Assembly: GCF_964355755.1 (NCBI RefSeq)
Contig: NC_092678.1
Coordinates: 9,006,422-9,070,421 of the forward strand
Source of the DNA: Antedon mediterranea
Lineage: Eukaryota; Animalia; Echinodermata
Length of the DNA: 64,000 bases
Direction of reading: 5' to 3'
Both the position numbers and the translations under genes were made by a program. The notes below the pieces were generated by a model. It was not told where the DNA came from and made no database searches. It saw only the letters and a program-made list of their open reading frames with translations. Shown here in pieces: positions 39,901-51,205 of the stretch; positions within the stretch are counted from its first letter, which is position 1, and every line of letters begins with the position of its first letter.

Positions 39901-40428
39901 TTAACTTTATTACTGCAGTTCTTAAAAACGTTGTAGTGTCTGACACTGTAGTTCTTGCAAAGCTTCATTACAGTATATTCAAGTAATTAAGAGTCTAGTC
40001 ACATGTGAGAACATGTGATTTTGAGAAACTACATACCATCTTGTCCTGCAGGATGATTTACCTTACTTTTACTTTTTTAAGTTTAAACTTTGGACTTTAA
40101 TTGAACATATTTGAGAATTATAAAATTATTTTGTTTCCATTTAGATCACCCTGGATTACCAAATCCAAAACAGATCAACTTGTTCCAGGAGCGAGTTCTA
40201 AAGGAATTTAGGGAGTATGAATATACTGCATACCCTAACAACCCAGACCGATTTGGCAAGCTGATAATGCGGTTACCGAGTCTTCGGTTACTTAGCCCCA
40301 CTATCATGGAAGAGCTATTTTTTGCTGGTCTTATCGGAAACGTGCAAATAGACAGCATCATCCCATACATTTTGCGCATGGAAACGACAGACTACAATGC
40401 TCAAATAACACTTGCCGTTTCTACCTGA
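24744..40428 (+). CDS. NR2C2: Orphan nuclear receptor TR2/TR4 (NR2C1/NR2C2 ortholog; SHR2-like), 10 coding exons, 667 aa
   Basis: join(24744-24932,27540-27668,29569-29812,31609-31788,36556-36693,36976-37315,37838-38059,38594-38733,39355-39492,40145-40428), all GT-AG and phase-consistent, 2004 nt. C4 zinc fingers [31 protein letters not shown], plus NR2C-diagnostic [48 protein letters not shown] and [25 protein letters not shown]. Confidence 0.96.
27263..27368. repeat. Perfect 53-bp tandem duplication
   Basis: AAAACCAGCTTGCTTGCCCCCAACAGATAATTATCTAAAGGCCTGGTTCTACT x2. Confidence 0.9.
27540..27668 (+). CDS. NR2C2: NR2C coding exon 2 (Q/V-rich; not in the ORF track)
   Basis: CTTTCTACATAG| [43 protein letters not shown] |GTAC; 43 codons, phase 0/0. 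Confidence 0.8.
27952..28588. mobile_element. Tc1/mariner-pogo-type MITE
   Basis: TA|CCGTATATTTTGGTGTATAAG at the left end and CTTATACACCGAAATATACGG|TA at the right end. Confidence 0.8.
29569..29812 (+). CDS. NR2C2: NR2C coding exon 3 (start of DBD)
   Basis: TTTTGTAG| ITVQAG...[11 protein letters not shown] |GTAAAT. Confidence 0.93.
31609..31788 (+). CDS. NR2C2: NR2C coding exon 4 (zinc fingers)
   Basis: TTTTATAG| [16 protein letters not shown]...[17 protein letters not shown] |GTAAGT. Confidence 0.96.
31953..32577. mobile_element. HINE/Helentron-type non-autonomous element; second copy at 61321-61694
   Basis: Starts AACTAGAAAGCCACTCCGAGAGTGCATACCTCCGCC, contains (AAAC)n, and ends TACCTCCTTGACAGAGGTAA (hairpin / subterminal inverted repeat). 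Confidence 0.7.
35340..36200. mobile_element. Palindromic MITE/foldback built of ~18-20-bp GACCACCTCTC.TAAG subrepeats
   Basis: Outer arms AAATGCATCTCTT / AAGAGATGCATTT and CCATACATCGTAAGCAACCACCCT / AGGGTGGTTGCTTACGATGTATGG. Subrepeat orientation flips near 35610. Confidence 0.7.
36556..36693 (+). CDS. NR2C2: NR2C coding exon 5 (hinge)
   Basis: CTCCAG| [10 protein letters not shown]...[18 protein letters not shown] |GTAAAT. Confidence 0.93.
36976..37315 (+). CDS. NR2C2: NR2C coding exon 6
   Basis: polyT-AAAG| [19 protein letters not shown]...[15 protein letters not shown]...[10 protein letters not shown] |GTATGT. Confidence 0.92.
37838..38059 (+). CDS. NR2C2: NR2C coding exon 7 (LBD)
   Basis: TATTTAG| ...[36 protein letters not shown] |GTAAGT. 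Confidence 0.95.
38594..38733 (+). CDS. NR2C2: NR2C coding exon 8 (LBD)
   Basis: CAACAG| [23 protein letters not shown]... |GTCAGT. Confidence 0.94.
39355..39492 (+). CDS. NR2C2: NR2C coding exon 9 (LBD)
   Basis: ATTCAG| [21 protein letters not shown]...[12 protein letters not shown] |GTGAGT. Confidence 0.95.
40145..40428 (+). CDS. NR2C2: NR2C coding exon 10 (LBD end, AF-2, stop)
   Basis: CATTTAG| DHPGL...[13 protein letters not shown]...[12 protein letters not shown]...TGA. Confidence 0.95.
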
Positions 40429-43400
40429 GTCGGCCTTCATGCATGTACTGGTTCCGCCGTTCCAACAGGAAGAAGTGTCTGTTTTGAAATATTTTTGTGA
40501 ATTTAACCAAGAAATGCATTGTATCTATCATATTAGACACTCTCCTATCTGAACAGTCTGCCAGTACCTTTTAAGGCTAAATCTAAGTTTGGACAAACGT
40601 GTCAAGTCACTTGAACATTTAATGTCGTACAGACTTTGTAAAGAATTTTCAACCATAGCATCTTATTGTACAATAGTAATTTTTTGTCAGTGCTTGTTAC
40701 CATAGGTTTACTGTATATTTTATCAAGGTGGTTAAACCACATTTAGTTTTGAATGTCTAGATAATTATCATGTTTTGCTTGGTGTATTTAATTAAATGAC
40801 GTTTTTTTTTAGATGGATATTGAAAGGCATTTTGCAGTTAGGATATTTTGCATAATTTAGTATCTTTCTGTTACTCATTTTAATGATATCTGTTTGAAAT
40901 GTTGACTACCACTTTATATGGAATTCCATAATCAGCTGCATATTGTATGATGGATTTTGATCATGACAATTCAATTTCTTTTTTTCATTCTAAAGTTACA
41001 TTATTCCATTTGTTTTATAATTACGGTTAATAGTTAAGCTAAATTTCAGAGTAAATGTTCCACAAAATGGGTCATAGCATGTTGTGATTATAGTTATGCA
41101 CAAAACTAGGATCTACTTGAAATGTTAAAAGTGTACTGTATATCAAGAATTTATCTATCCTTATCCTCAGAAACCGATTGAATAAACCCATCCATATTGT
41201 TTATGCTACTTACCTGATAAGTTCAGTAAAATACATGAAGTTAAAGTTCTATATGGAATTGTAACTAGTTCTGTTTTGTTATTGTTTTATTATATTGCTG
41301 TCTTTAAAACAATTCTTTTTTTTATGTTAAGGTGTAATTTGCTATCCATGCTGCTTGTATTTAAATAGTTTTACATAGTACATAAATGTGTTATGATGTT
41401 AAAAATGCTGTGGAATAATCTAATACTGTACCAAGAAGGGAATTGTAAGACTGTAGGCTGGTGTAAATAAAAATGGACACAACTGTGGTTAAGGGTCAAC
41501 GCAATGACAAATAACGCTTAATGAAAAGTCTTAAATTTTTCATACCTATATTGAGGCTTTTCACATCTGTTTTAATGTGGGTTCAGTTGCAGATGTATTT
41601 TGAGCTTAAAACTGCGGGGTTGAACAGCTGAACATTCTCCGGAGAGCGAACTTTTTAGAATATTTAATATTATTATTTAAGGCTAGGCCTAAGCCTATCA
41701 TAAATAATATTAATAAGCTAGCCTAACGACACAATAATAATGCTAGTTAGAAATTAAGTTAACAGATTACAGCTAGGCATAGGTCTAGTGCTCGTGTACA
41801 AATATACTCCTCATAGGCTAGGCTAGTTGGGCGTTCAGGCGCAAAGGCAAAAAGAGTGTCTGGCGCTGAAAGAACCACGCTGAAAGTAGGGGCATTACAA
41901 CCAAACATTTTTGTATGTTTTTATCTGATTAGTCGGAAGCCATCTGGTTTCCAGGCTGTCAAGAATATTTGATACAGTTGCTAACTACCAACATTGAACA
42001 GGTTATCGGTATTGAAACAAAAGATTATTTATTTTCCTTATTTGGAATTGAGATTCAAGGTTCTGTGATACTATGTCACATGTGTAAAAAAGTTAAATAT
42101 GACTGACACTGTATTTAAATTCCTTTAAATAATTTCAAAGATACACAGGGTCATCATATGTGAAATGAAATTGTACAAAATACAGTATGTTTGTGAACAT
42201 TAATTTTTTTTTTTTACACTGATTAAATAACAATAGCAAATTAGAAACAAACATGTTATGTATAAACTTTCTTTTCACATGTTCTCTCTTTGCAAATACG
42301 AGCACCATCATTGCTTTTTAGATACTACTGTAAATACTAAATTATTGTTTTCTGTTTCCATGGTATTGTTGCGTTATTTTTATTTTTTAGTGCTTGAAAT
42401 ACTATTAATGCATGTCAAAATAATTTTAATTTATATAAAAACAGATACAATCATTTATGTGTTTCTTCAATCTTGCTTCATCAGTCATAATAAGGATTAT
42501 CTTTACCTTCTTTGTGATTATGTTAATTAAGAAAATATTTATGTGTAATTATTTAAAATTATTAGTTTATTATATAGTCAGTTTTGCCTTTTCTCATATT
42601 TCTGGCTAATGTAGGTACTAGATGACAATTTGACACATGGCATTCACATTGAATCACAAAAATCAAACTATAGCTAGAGACTTGGGGCAAGTCCATTTCC
42701 AGCATACTGTATATTCATTTTTATGCTGGCTTTAGCAGTCTCATGTCCAAAATAGACACCACGTTAAAGTATAAAATGGTTTGATGAAACAACAATTTTA
42801 AAAACTCCAGTGCGAATGTGTCAACAATTCTTGACTTTAATGGTCACATTTGATTGGAAAACAGCAATACAAGGGAGTATAACTACAGTACATTCATTCT
42901 TAAAGAATGTCAATCTCATGTTGCAGCAACTGTTCCATGTAATATTACAAGTTCAGCAGGATCTGGCTGACACTCTCATATACCATACTAACATGGTTAT
43001 GAGTAAACAAAACGTTGTAGAAAACTTGCTCTTTTAGAGAATTGAATATTTCAGACATTTAGGCATAACATTTAATTAGTGGATTGTGTCACTATATCTT
43101 TGTAATTGGTCCCCATATAGCTAACATGTCAAAAGAATGGGTATTTCATATTTTAAATATTGCTTCTGGTAATACCATGTTTTCTATAAAGAAAAAGAAA
43201 TTTGTATAATTCATTACATTCAAAGTGAAATATATGAGTCTTGAGTTTGTAAATAATTTTGAATGAACTGGGGGTAAAGTAAGTAATAATTACAAAAATA
43301 AAATGGCATAATAACATTATTTATATTATCATTAGGTAACTTTATCTTTTTTTGTTTTGCATATGTTTTTCTTTGATACCATACACCAATTTAGTTGTAT

Positions 43401-44287
43401 ATGCTAATTAACAACATTATTATTACAGTAGTAAACCATTATTAATATCTTGTGGTCTTTCTCATAATTGATTTTACTATTGTATATATTATATATAACA
43501 CCATTATATTGTTGATAGCACTGGGATTCTATGACATTTTTTAATGTATATTTGTCCACATTCATTTTGTTAGCTTAATAGCCACTGGTAACAATCTGAT
43601 AAAGATACACGCCTATTCCCATATACTTATTGTTTGTAATCCAAATAATTCATGCAGGTAAAGCCAGTTTTCTGGGCGGATCCCAAGAGTTGGTTCATAC
43701 ACATTGATGAATATTCATATTTTCCATCTCTGCCAACCATTTCGTAGGAGTTTGTCATTTAAGTTAAACATACCATGTTAAAAATACGAGCAACCTTTCA
43801 CAGATTGGGAAATAAGTTCAACAGACATGCTTTCGAAATGAAAGTTCCCACTCGGGCGCAACAACACAACGCAACGTAAGCGAGTTGACCAATAACAAGC
43901 AAAATTTAAAATAATCCACCGCTTGCGATTGGTAAATAACTTGCGTTACCCTTACAATTAATGTTTCCTTTTACGTAGCGCAAATAGTAGAAGTTTTTAA
44001 TTTGTGAGACCAAATTTCGTCTAGTAGAAAACCGGCTTTAGACACTACACTTATGTGTGGAGGTCCCAAGCTTCAATGCAGTCATTTGGTTTTCAGTAGT
44101 AGACCGCTATTTATATTTAGTTTGTTGCATCTTATACTGTAAACCCGCTGTTCAATTATATTTAACGATATTTAATGTGAAAGGAATTTTGGTATCATCA
44201 TTTTTATAGATTCTATAGTTGGTTTAAAATGTGGATCTTTTGTATATTATCTCTGTTATTGCAATACTGCTGTGCTAAAGGCTTCTC

Positions 44288-44293
44288 AATAAA
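44288..44293 (+). terminator. Candidate polyadenylation signal of a long (~3.9 kb) NR2C 3'UTR
   Basis: AATAAA followed by a T-rich downstream tract. Other AATAAA motifs occur upstream (e.g. near 41181 and 41466), so the assignment is tentative. Confidence 0.3.
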
Positions 44294-44655
44294 AAACATC
44301 CAGTTATTATTAATTTTGAATATTTTCTTTTTTCATATACAGCTCCAATTGATATAATGTGGCTCATAATTATCTGGTGGCTTAATTATTTCTTGAATTT
44401 TAATTCACTATTTGCCTGAACGCGTGCTTCCGTATATACATATCATGGTTGAATTAATTCCTCCATGCCTATACCTTAGAGAAATAAGTTTTATTTATCC
44501 CTGCGTATACCAGGGAGTTGCGTATACTATAATATATTAATTTAATCTAAATTGTTTTTATACTGTTGAAATTCGATGTTCTAACTGATGTTAGAGGAAT
44601 TCCACCTGGTTTTCCATTAGCTGGTTCAAGTTTGGTGAAGTTTGTGTTTTTGTGA

Positions 44656-44772
44656 TTTTTAGTCGCATGCAAACGCGACTCTACATCACACTGTCAGTCG
44701 GTTGGTCGGTCGGTAAACACTAACTAAAATTTGAGCACGCGACTGCAGTGCAGCCATGTATATGGCCTTGTT
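44656..44772 (+). mobile_element. Mini HINE/DINE-1-like element
   Basis: TTTTAGTCGCATGCAAACGCGACT palindrome, (GTCG)n, 3' CACGCGACT plus GCCATGTATATGGC hairpin and CTTGTT. Inverted copies at 47336-47445 and 49021-49130. Confidence 0.75.
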
Positions 44773-45074
44773 AAGTATAAGCATTGCACTAACTTTAGGC
44801 CAAAGCTGTCACACTTGATTAGCACTGTGTTGGGATAACTTTTGCCTTTTCAAGTGTTTGCCTGGCCTAGCTTTCTCTTTTGTTCTTGTAAAGTCATGGT
44901 CAACTGACTCTTTTGTTCTAACTCCAAGTTCAATGCTATATTGTGCTGAATTAGCAAATCATGAGATCAGGGATACGTTATACGATTAGCAAAATTAAGA
45001 ATATTGATAACAGCCAATTATAAGGAAACCTACAATGAGAAGATATGGCAGCTAGATCTCGGAATTTGCAGAAA

Positions 45075-45485
45075 ACCACACCTCTCTTAAAGACCACCTC
45101 TTTTAAAGGACAACCAACTCTCATAAGGGACCGCTTTTCATAATCGACTACCTCTCATAAGCGACCACACCTCTCGTAAGTGACCCATCTTTTAAGGGAC
45201 CACAACATCTCTCTCTCTCTTAAGGGACCACTTCTCATAATCGATTACATCCAGTAACGACCACCTCTCGTAAATGACCACCTCTATTGAACGACCACCA
45301 TCTCTGTTAAGAGACTACTTCTCATAATCAAACACCTCCCGTAAGTGATCACCCCCCTCTCATAAGGGACCCCTTCTCTTACTCGATCAACTCTCGTAAG
45401 CGAACACCTTTCTTAACGGCCACACCTCTTGTAAGTGACCACCTCTTTTGAAGAACCACCAACTCTCGTAAGGGACCGCTTTCAT
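45075..45485. repeat. Array of GACCACCTCTC.TAAG subrepeats (same family as 35340-36200)
   Basis: Many degenerate ~18-20-bp units in one orientation. Confidence 0.75.
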
Positions 45486-45788
45486 AATAATCTTGGATTT
45501 GAACTTGCATTCTAAATTAAAAGATACATGTTGAGGATGACATATTCACTTTAAAAAGTTGGGAAAGGACATATAATAGCCATTATGAATACAGTTTATA
45601 TAATGTTGGCACCCATTTTGAATTTTTGACGCCATCTTGGATTTGGAAAAAAGTAATTAAGCGTGAGAAAACTTTGACAGAAAAAAATCCTAGTTTTGTC
45701 CTGGTTTGGACCAGTAACATTTGACCTTATATTTTGAGTTTCTATTTAAATTTCTGTAATTCCGTACCAAATTATGTTTTAGTTTTTA

Positions 45789-47247
45789 TCTATATATAAA
45801 TTTACGTAAGGGCAAAATTCGGTAAATCGCGCCTTACTTCTAGAATTTTTACTCGATGGTATATAAAGTTGGTTCGTACTTTCGGTACTGATTTTAACCA
45901 CCTGATGTAACCCTGTTTACTAATTAAATTAAGCTAGATAATTAGTTATTGACGATTAAAACGAATTTAGGTTCAACGATTTGCCCCAAATAGGGGTGTT
46001 TTCCGATCGTTGTATACACTGCTAATGGATGTCCGTCTTGAAAAATACCCGCAGACAATAATACGAGGATGCTTCGCATTTTCCTATCTCCTCCTACGAT
46101 AATTGTTTTTAATGGCTGAAAACCGGTTGAACAGCTCGAGTATAGCATCATAATGTTGAAGACAGGCCGATTTTCTTTAAAAAATACTATTTTGATAGAT
46201 TTAATATACGTTTATACAAATGTATTGATTTGCGATGAATGGAACATTCCAATCTCTGTTCCACAAGTGTCTATTCCCTCAGGCGTCGTAAAGGCAAGTT
46301 CAGGTACTGTATACTCATAACAGAAATTCGATCCATTTTTGTTTCAATCTGTGCTGCAGAGGTTGGATATAAATTTTTTTTTAAACGGATAATGAGCTAG
46401 CGTTTTCACTCGCCGTATATTATGTACACATCTTTATTATTGCAGTTAAACCACCCATATCATCACCCTTCCCTCACTGGCATGAGTAGCGTTGTACAAC
46501 CAGTAGAGGATAGGCCTACGGTACATCACATGCCCTAAACGCAGAACAACTTTGGTGGGTAGGGGTGGGTAGGAACCAACTTAATATATGAATATGCTCT
46601 AAGAAACAATTGAAAACCATTAGGCCTACTAATTAAGTTGAGTTAGATAATTTAATATTTATTGACGATTAAATCGAATTTATGATTTTCCCCGAATAGA
46701 GGTGGTTTTCACAAATTGTTTTACATTATATAAACATATTTATACGTCGTAGTGATGTATCGTTACATGTACTGTACGATTTCAATCGACTATGACGGTG
46801 ATAGTTTCAACAAAGTATTAAATCGCAATGTTTTACTGTGTTTAGTGGTATATTATTTGTAAAACATGAAAACAATTAATATTTCGTTAATAAATGGGTA
46901 AAGAATATATTTAAAAATTGTTCTTCTTTGCTCCCATCCTCTTCCCCATCCCTCAACCCAAATGTTACATACAAACCACAATTTAAGTTTGTTTAAATTT
47001 GACTTAAACAATTGGTCTCATTTTGTGACAAGTTTCTCTTTCGGAAGTAATTCCCAGGGTACTAATTTTACAGTACATAAATCAAAGTGTCTATTTATTC
47101 GTTCCTGTAAACGACATGTATTATTGTCCTGCGGTACGTATACATTTGAAATCGCCAGTTTTTTTAACGCTGAAATTATTATGTATTCGAGAACCATCTG
47201 TGGGCACGACCTAGATGGTACGCGAGCGAAGCGAGCGTACCATCTAG
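45789..47247 (+). mobile_element. Non-autonomous Helitron, copy 1
   Basis: A|TCTATATATAAAT at the 5' end and CTAG|T at the 3' end. Terminal hairpin CTAGATGGTACGC-GAGCGAAGCGA-GCGTACCATCTAG. No TSD and no RepHel ORF. Confidence 0.88.
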
Positions 47248-47470
47248 TATTATAAATTTTACATAACCATTTTATAAGCAATATATTTTTAAAACTTTGT
47301 TTAAAAGATATATGTCATTAAGTTATATTTTCACTATGGCTGCAGTCGCATGCTAAAGTTAGTGTTTACCGACCGACCGCGATCAACCGACCAACCAACC
47401 GACCGACATAGTGCGCGCTGTAGAGTCGCGTTGCATGCGACTAAACATATAACCAGCCACCGTAATAACA

Positions 47471-48932
47471 TCTATATATAAATTTACGTAAGGGCAAAAT
47501 TCGGTAAATCGCGCCTTACTTCTAGAATTTTTACTCGATGGTATATAAAGTTGGTTCGTACTTTCGGTACTGATTTTAACCACCTGATGTAACCCTGTTT
47601 ACTAATTAAAATAAGCTAGATAATTAGTTATTGACGATTAAAACGAATTTAGGTTCAACGATTTGCCCCAAATAGGGGTGTTTTCCGATCGTTGTATACA
47701 CTGCTAATGGATGTCCGTCTTGAAAAATACCCGCAGACAATAATACGAGGATGCTTCGCATTTTCCTATCTCCTCCTACGATAATTGTTTTTAATGGCTG
47801 AAAACCGGTTGAACAGCTCGAGTATAGCATCATAATGTTGAAGACAGGCCGATTTTCTTTAAAAAATACTATTTTGATAGATTTAATATACGTTTATACA
47901 AATGTATTGATTTGCGATGAATGGAACATTCCAATCTCTGTTCCACAAGTGTCTATTCCCTCAGGCGTCGTAAAGGCAAGTTCAGGTACTGTATACTCAT
48001 AACAGAAATTCGATCCATTTTTGTTTCAATCTGTGCTGCAGAGGTTGGATATAAATTTTTTTTTAAACGGATAATGAGCTAGCGTTTTCACTCGCCGTAT
48101 ATTATGTACACATCTTTATTATTGCAGTTAAACCACCCATATCATCACCCTTCCCTCACTGGCATGAGTAGCGTTGTACAACCAGTAGAGGATAGGCCTA
48201 CGGTACATCACATGCCCTAAACGCAGAACAACTTTGGTGGGTAGGGGTGGGTAGGAACCAACTTAATATATGAATTTGCTCTAAGAAACAATTGAAAACC
48301 ATTAGGCCTACTAATTAAGTTGAGTTAGATAATTTAATATTTATTGACGATTAAATCGAATTTATGATTTTCCCCGAATAGAGGTGGTTTTCACAAATTG
48401 TTTTACATTATATAAACATATATACGTCGTAGTGATGTATCGTTACATGTACTGTACGATTTCAATCGACTATGACGGTGATAGTTTCAACAAAGTATTA
48501 AATCGCAATGTTTTACTGTGTTTAGTGGTATATTATTTGTAAAACATGAAAACAATTAATATTTCGTTAATAAATGGGTAAAGAATATATTTAAAAATTG
48601 TTCTTCTTTGCACCCATCCTCTTCCCCATCCCTCAACCCAAATGTTACATACAAACCACAATTTAAGTTTGTTTAAATTTGACTTAAACAATTGGTCTCA
48701 TTTTGTGACAAGTTTCTCTTTCGGAAGTAATTCCCAGGGTACTAATTTTACAGTACATAAATCAAAGTGTCTATTTATTCGTTCCTGTAAACGACATGTA
48801 TTATTGTCCTGCGGTACGTATACATTTGAAATCGCCAGTTTTTTTAACGCTGAAATTATTATGTATTCGAGAACCATCTGTGGGCACGACCTAGATGGTA
48901 CCGTACGCGAGCGAAGCGAGCGTACCATCTAG
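47471..48932 (+). mobile_element. Non-autonomous Helitron, copy 2 (tandem)
   Basis: Nearly identical to copy 1, with the same A|TC and CTAG|T junctions; followed by the same 223-bp flank. Confidence 0.88.
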
Positions 48933-49160
48933 TATTGTAAATTTTACATAACCATTTTATAAGCAATATATTTTTAAAACTTTGTTTAAAAGATATATGT
49001 CATTAAGTTATATTTTCACTATGGCTGCAGTCGCATGCTAAAGTTAGTGTTTACCGACCGACCGCGATCAACCGACCAACCAACCGACCGACATAGTGCG
49101 CGCTGTAGAGTCGCGTTGCATGCGACTAAACATATAACCAGCCACCGTAATAACAGCAAC

Positions 49161-50498
49161 TAGCCTGGGTGCAGTACAAATTTTGCGGGAAAAAAGTATA
49201 GGAAAATTGTTTTCTTTTTTTTCTGATAGAGTATAGCATATAGAATGTCTGAAAAAAAATCCCCATCCCAGGGTCTTGGGGAAATTTTTTTACGGCACTT
49301 TCAAATTTTGGCCTATATAACACACACAAATGCCTATTAACACACTGCACAAATACCTATATATAGGGGATAGGGAAAACAAATTCACGTTTTTTTTACT
49401 TGGAGTTGTGTTATGATGATTAAAATTTGCTGAGGCTTACTTTAATAACTACTTCTCATAGTAGTTGATAAATCGAGTCGATAACAATGACATCATCATG
49501 CCAGAATCCAATATGGCGTCCAATTTGGCGGAAAAAAACAGGGTATTGCTAAACCCCTGCAAACCCTTGCAAACCTAAAAAAAAACATAGCAAACCCCAC
49601 CGAACCAACATAAAAGTGATTGAATCATGTAGTGTACGATCCACTGGGTATATCCATGTAAAAAAAAAAATTTAATTTCTACTGTTAACTACTTATTTTT
49701 GGGGTAAAACATCATTTTTTGGTCAAAAATGATTGCTAAACCCTGCAAACTGCCAAAAAAACATAGCAAACCCCACCGAACCAACATAATAAAAGTGATT
49801 GAATTATGTAGTGTACGACCGGCCCACTGGGTATATCCATGTAAAAAAATATTGAATTTCTACTGTTAACTACTTATTTTTGGGGTAAAACATCATTTTT
49901 TGGTAAAAAATGATTGCTAATTTGTAACCAAAAAATGATGTTTTACCCCAAAAATAAGTAGTTAACAGTAGAAATTTTTTAATTTTTTTTACATGGACAT
50001 ACCTAGTGGGTCGTACACTCCATGATTCAATCACTTTTATGTTGGTTCGGTGGGGTTTTCGATGTTTTTTTTGGAGGTTTCCAGGGGTTTGAGGGGGTTT
50101 AGCAATACCCTGTTTTTCCCGCCAAATTGGACGCCATATTGGATTCTGGCATGATGATGTCATCGTATCGACTTGATTCATCAACTACTATGAGAAGTAG
50201 TTATTAAAGTAAGCCTCTACTAATTTTAATCATTAAAACACAACTGCAAGTAACAAAAACTGTTAATTGATTTTCCCTATCCCCTATAATATATAGGTAT
50301 TTGTGTGTGTTAATAGGAATTTGTGTGTGTTATATAGGCCAAAATTTAAAAGTGCCATAAAAAATTTTCCCCAAGACCCTGGGATGGGGATTTTTTTCTG
50401 ACATTCTATATGGTATACTCTATTAGAAAAACAAAAAAAAAATTTCCTATACTTTTTTCCCGCAAATGTGTATAATAATTTGTCCTGTACCCAGGCTA
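49161..50498. mobile_element. Academ-type palindromic non-autonomous transposon
   Basis: AAC|TAGCCTGGGTGCAG at the left end and CTGTACCCAGGCTA|AAC at the right end: 3-bp TSD and TAG termini. Almost the whole element is an inverted repeat centred near 49920, with an extra ~190-bp duplication in the left arm. Confidence 0.8.
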
Positions 50499-51205
50499 AA
50501 CAGGTACTTTCTAACCATAAACATCAGAGTATCATCAGTGGCCTAACCATGGAGGTATCTAACCACACGATTTCTCAAAATTGTAAAACTGACACAAAAC
50601 GGAAAAATCAACAACAAAAACCACCCCTAGAAATCAACGAATTTTTTGAATATTTATCTTCAAAACATATTTTAGAGCTGCAAATCGTAACATTTTTTAA
50701 ATTCCTATGTAATTTATAAATTAATATAAATTAGTTTTAAGGTGTTTTTATATGATTAACTCCTTGACAATCCATTAACCTCAAAGGTGGTGGCACTTTT
50801 TTTTTAGCGCTAGATTCCAAATATACTAATAATATTAATAAGTAGCAAAAAAGTAGACCTAGCCTAGGCTAGGTCTATATAATTAAGAGATACAATTTAA
50901 AGAATTAAGAATTTCCGGTTCCCTCTCTAAATTCGTGTCTGGACTACGCGTGGGTTAATTATTATTTTGTATTGGTTTGTTGTATATGATTTTGTATACA
51001 GTATGTTTGTTGTCTAGGCCTAGCCTATTTAAGAACGCGCCGCGTGGACGAATGAATTGTGCCACCGTTGTTTTGTAATATAAAAGGTGTAGCTTAATTT
51101 ACAAAAGTTTGTTGGTGGTTGTTTTGGCGGCGCTCTGCTGCTGCAGCGCTCTCTCTCTCTCTGCATGCTGTGTGTTGTTTTTTATTAACAAAAATACAAC
51201 AATTA

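Noticed and set aside
43659-44040. Possible Harbinger-like MITE in the NR2C 3' region
   Set aside because: Only ~15-bp imperfect inverted ends and an ambiguous left boundary (43659 vs ~43841), so not listed as a feature.
45942-48932. Duplicated 69-97-aa ORFs (also 62887-63216) as a small gene family
   Set aside because: They lie inside non-autonomous Helitron copies, have no domain or splice signals, and indels in copy 3 change the frames.
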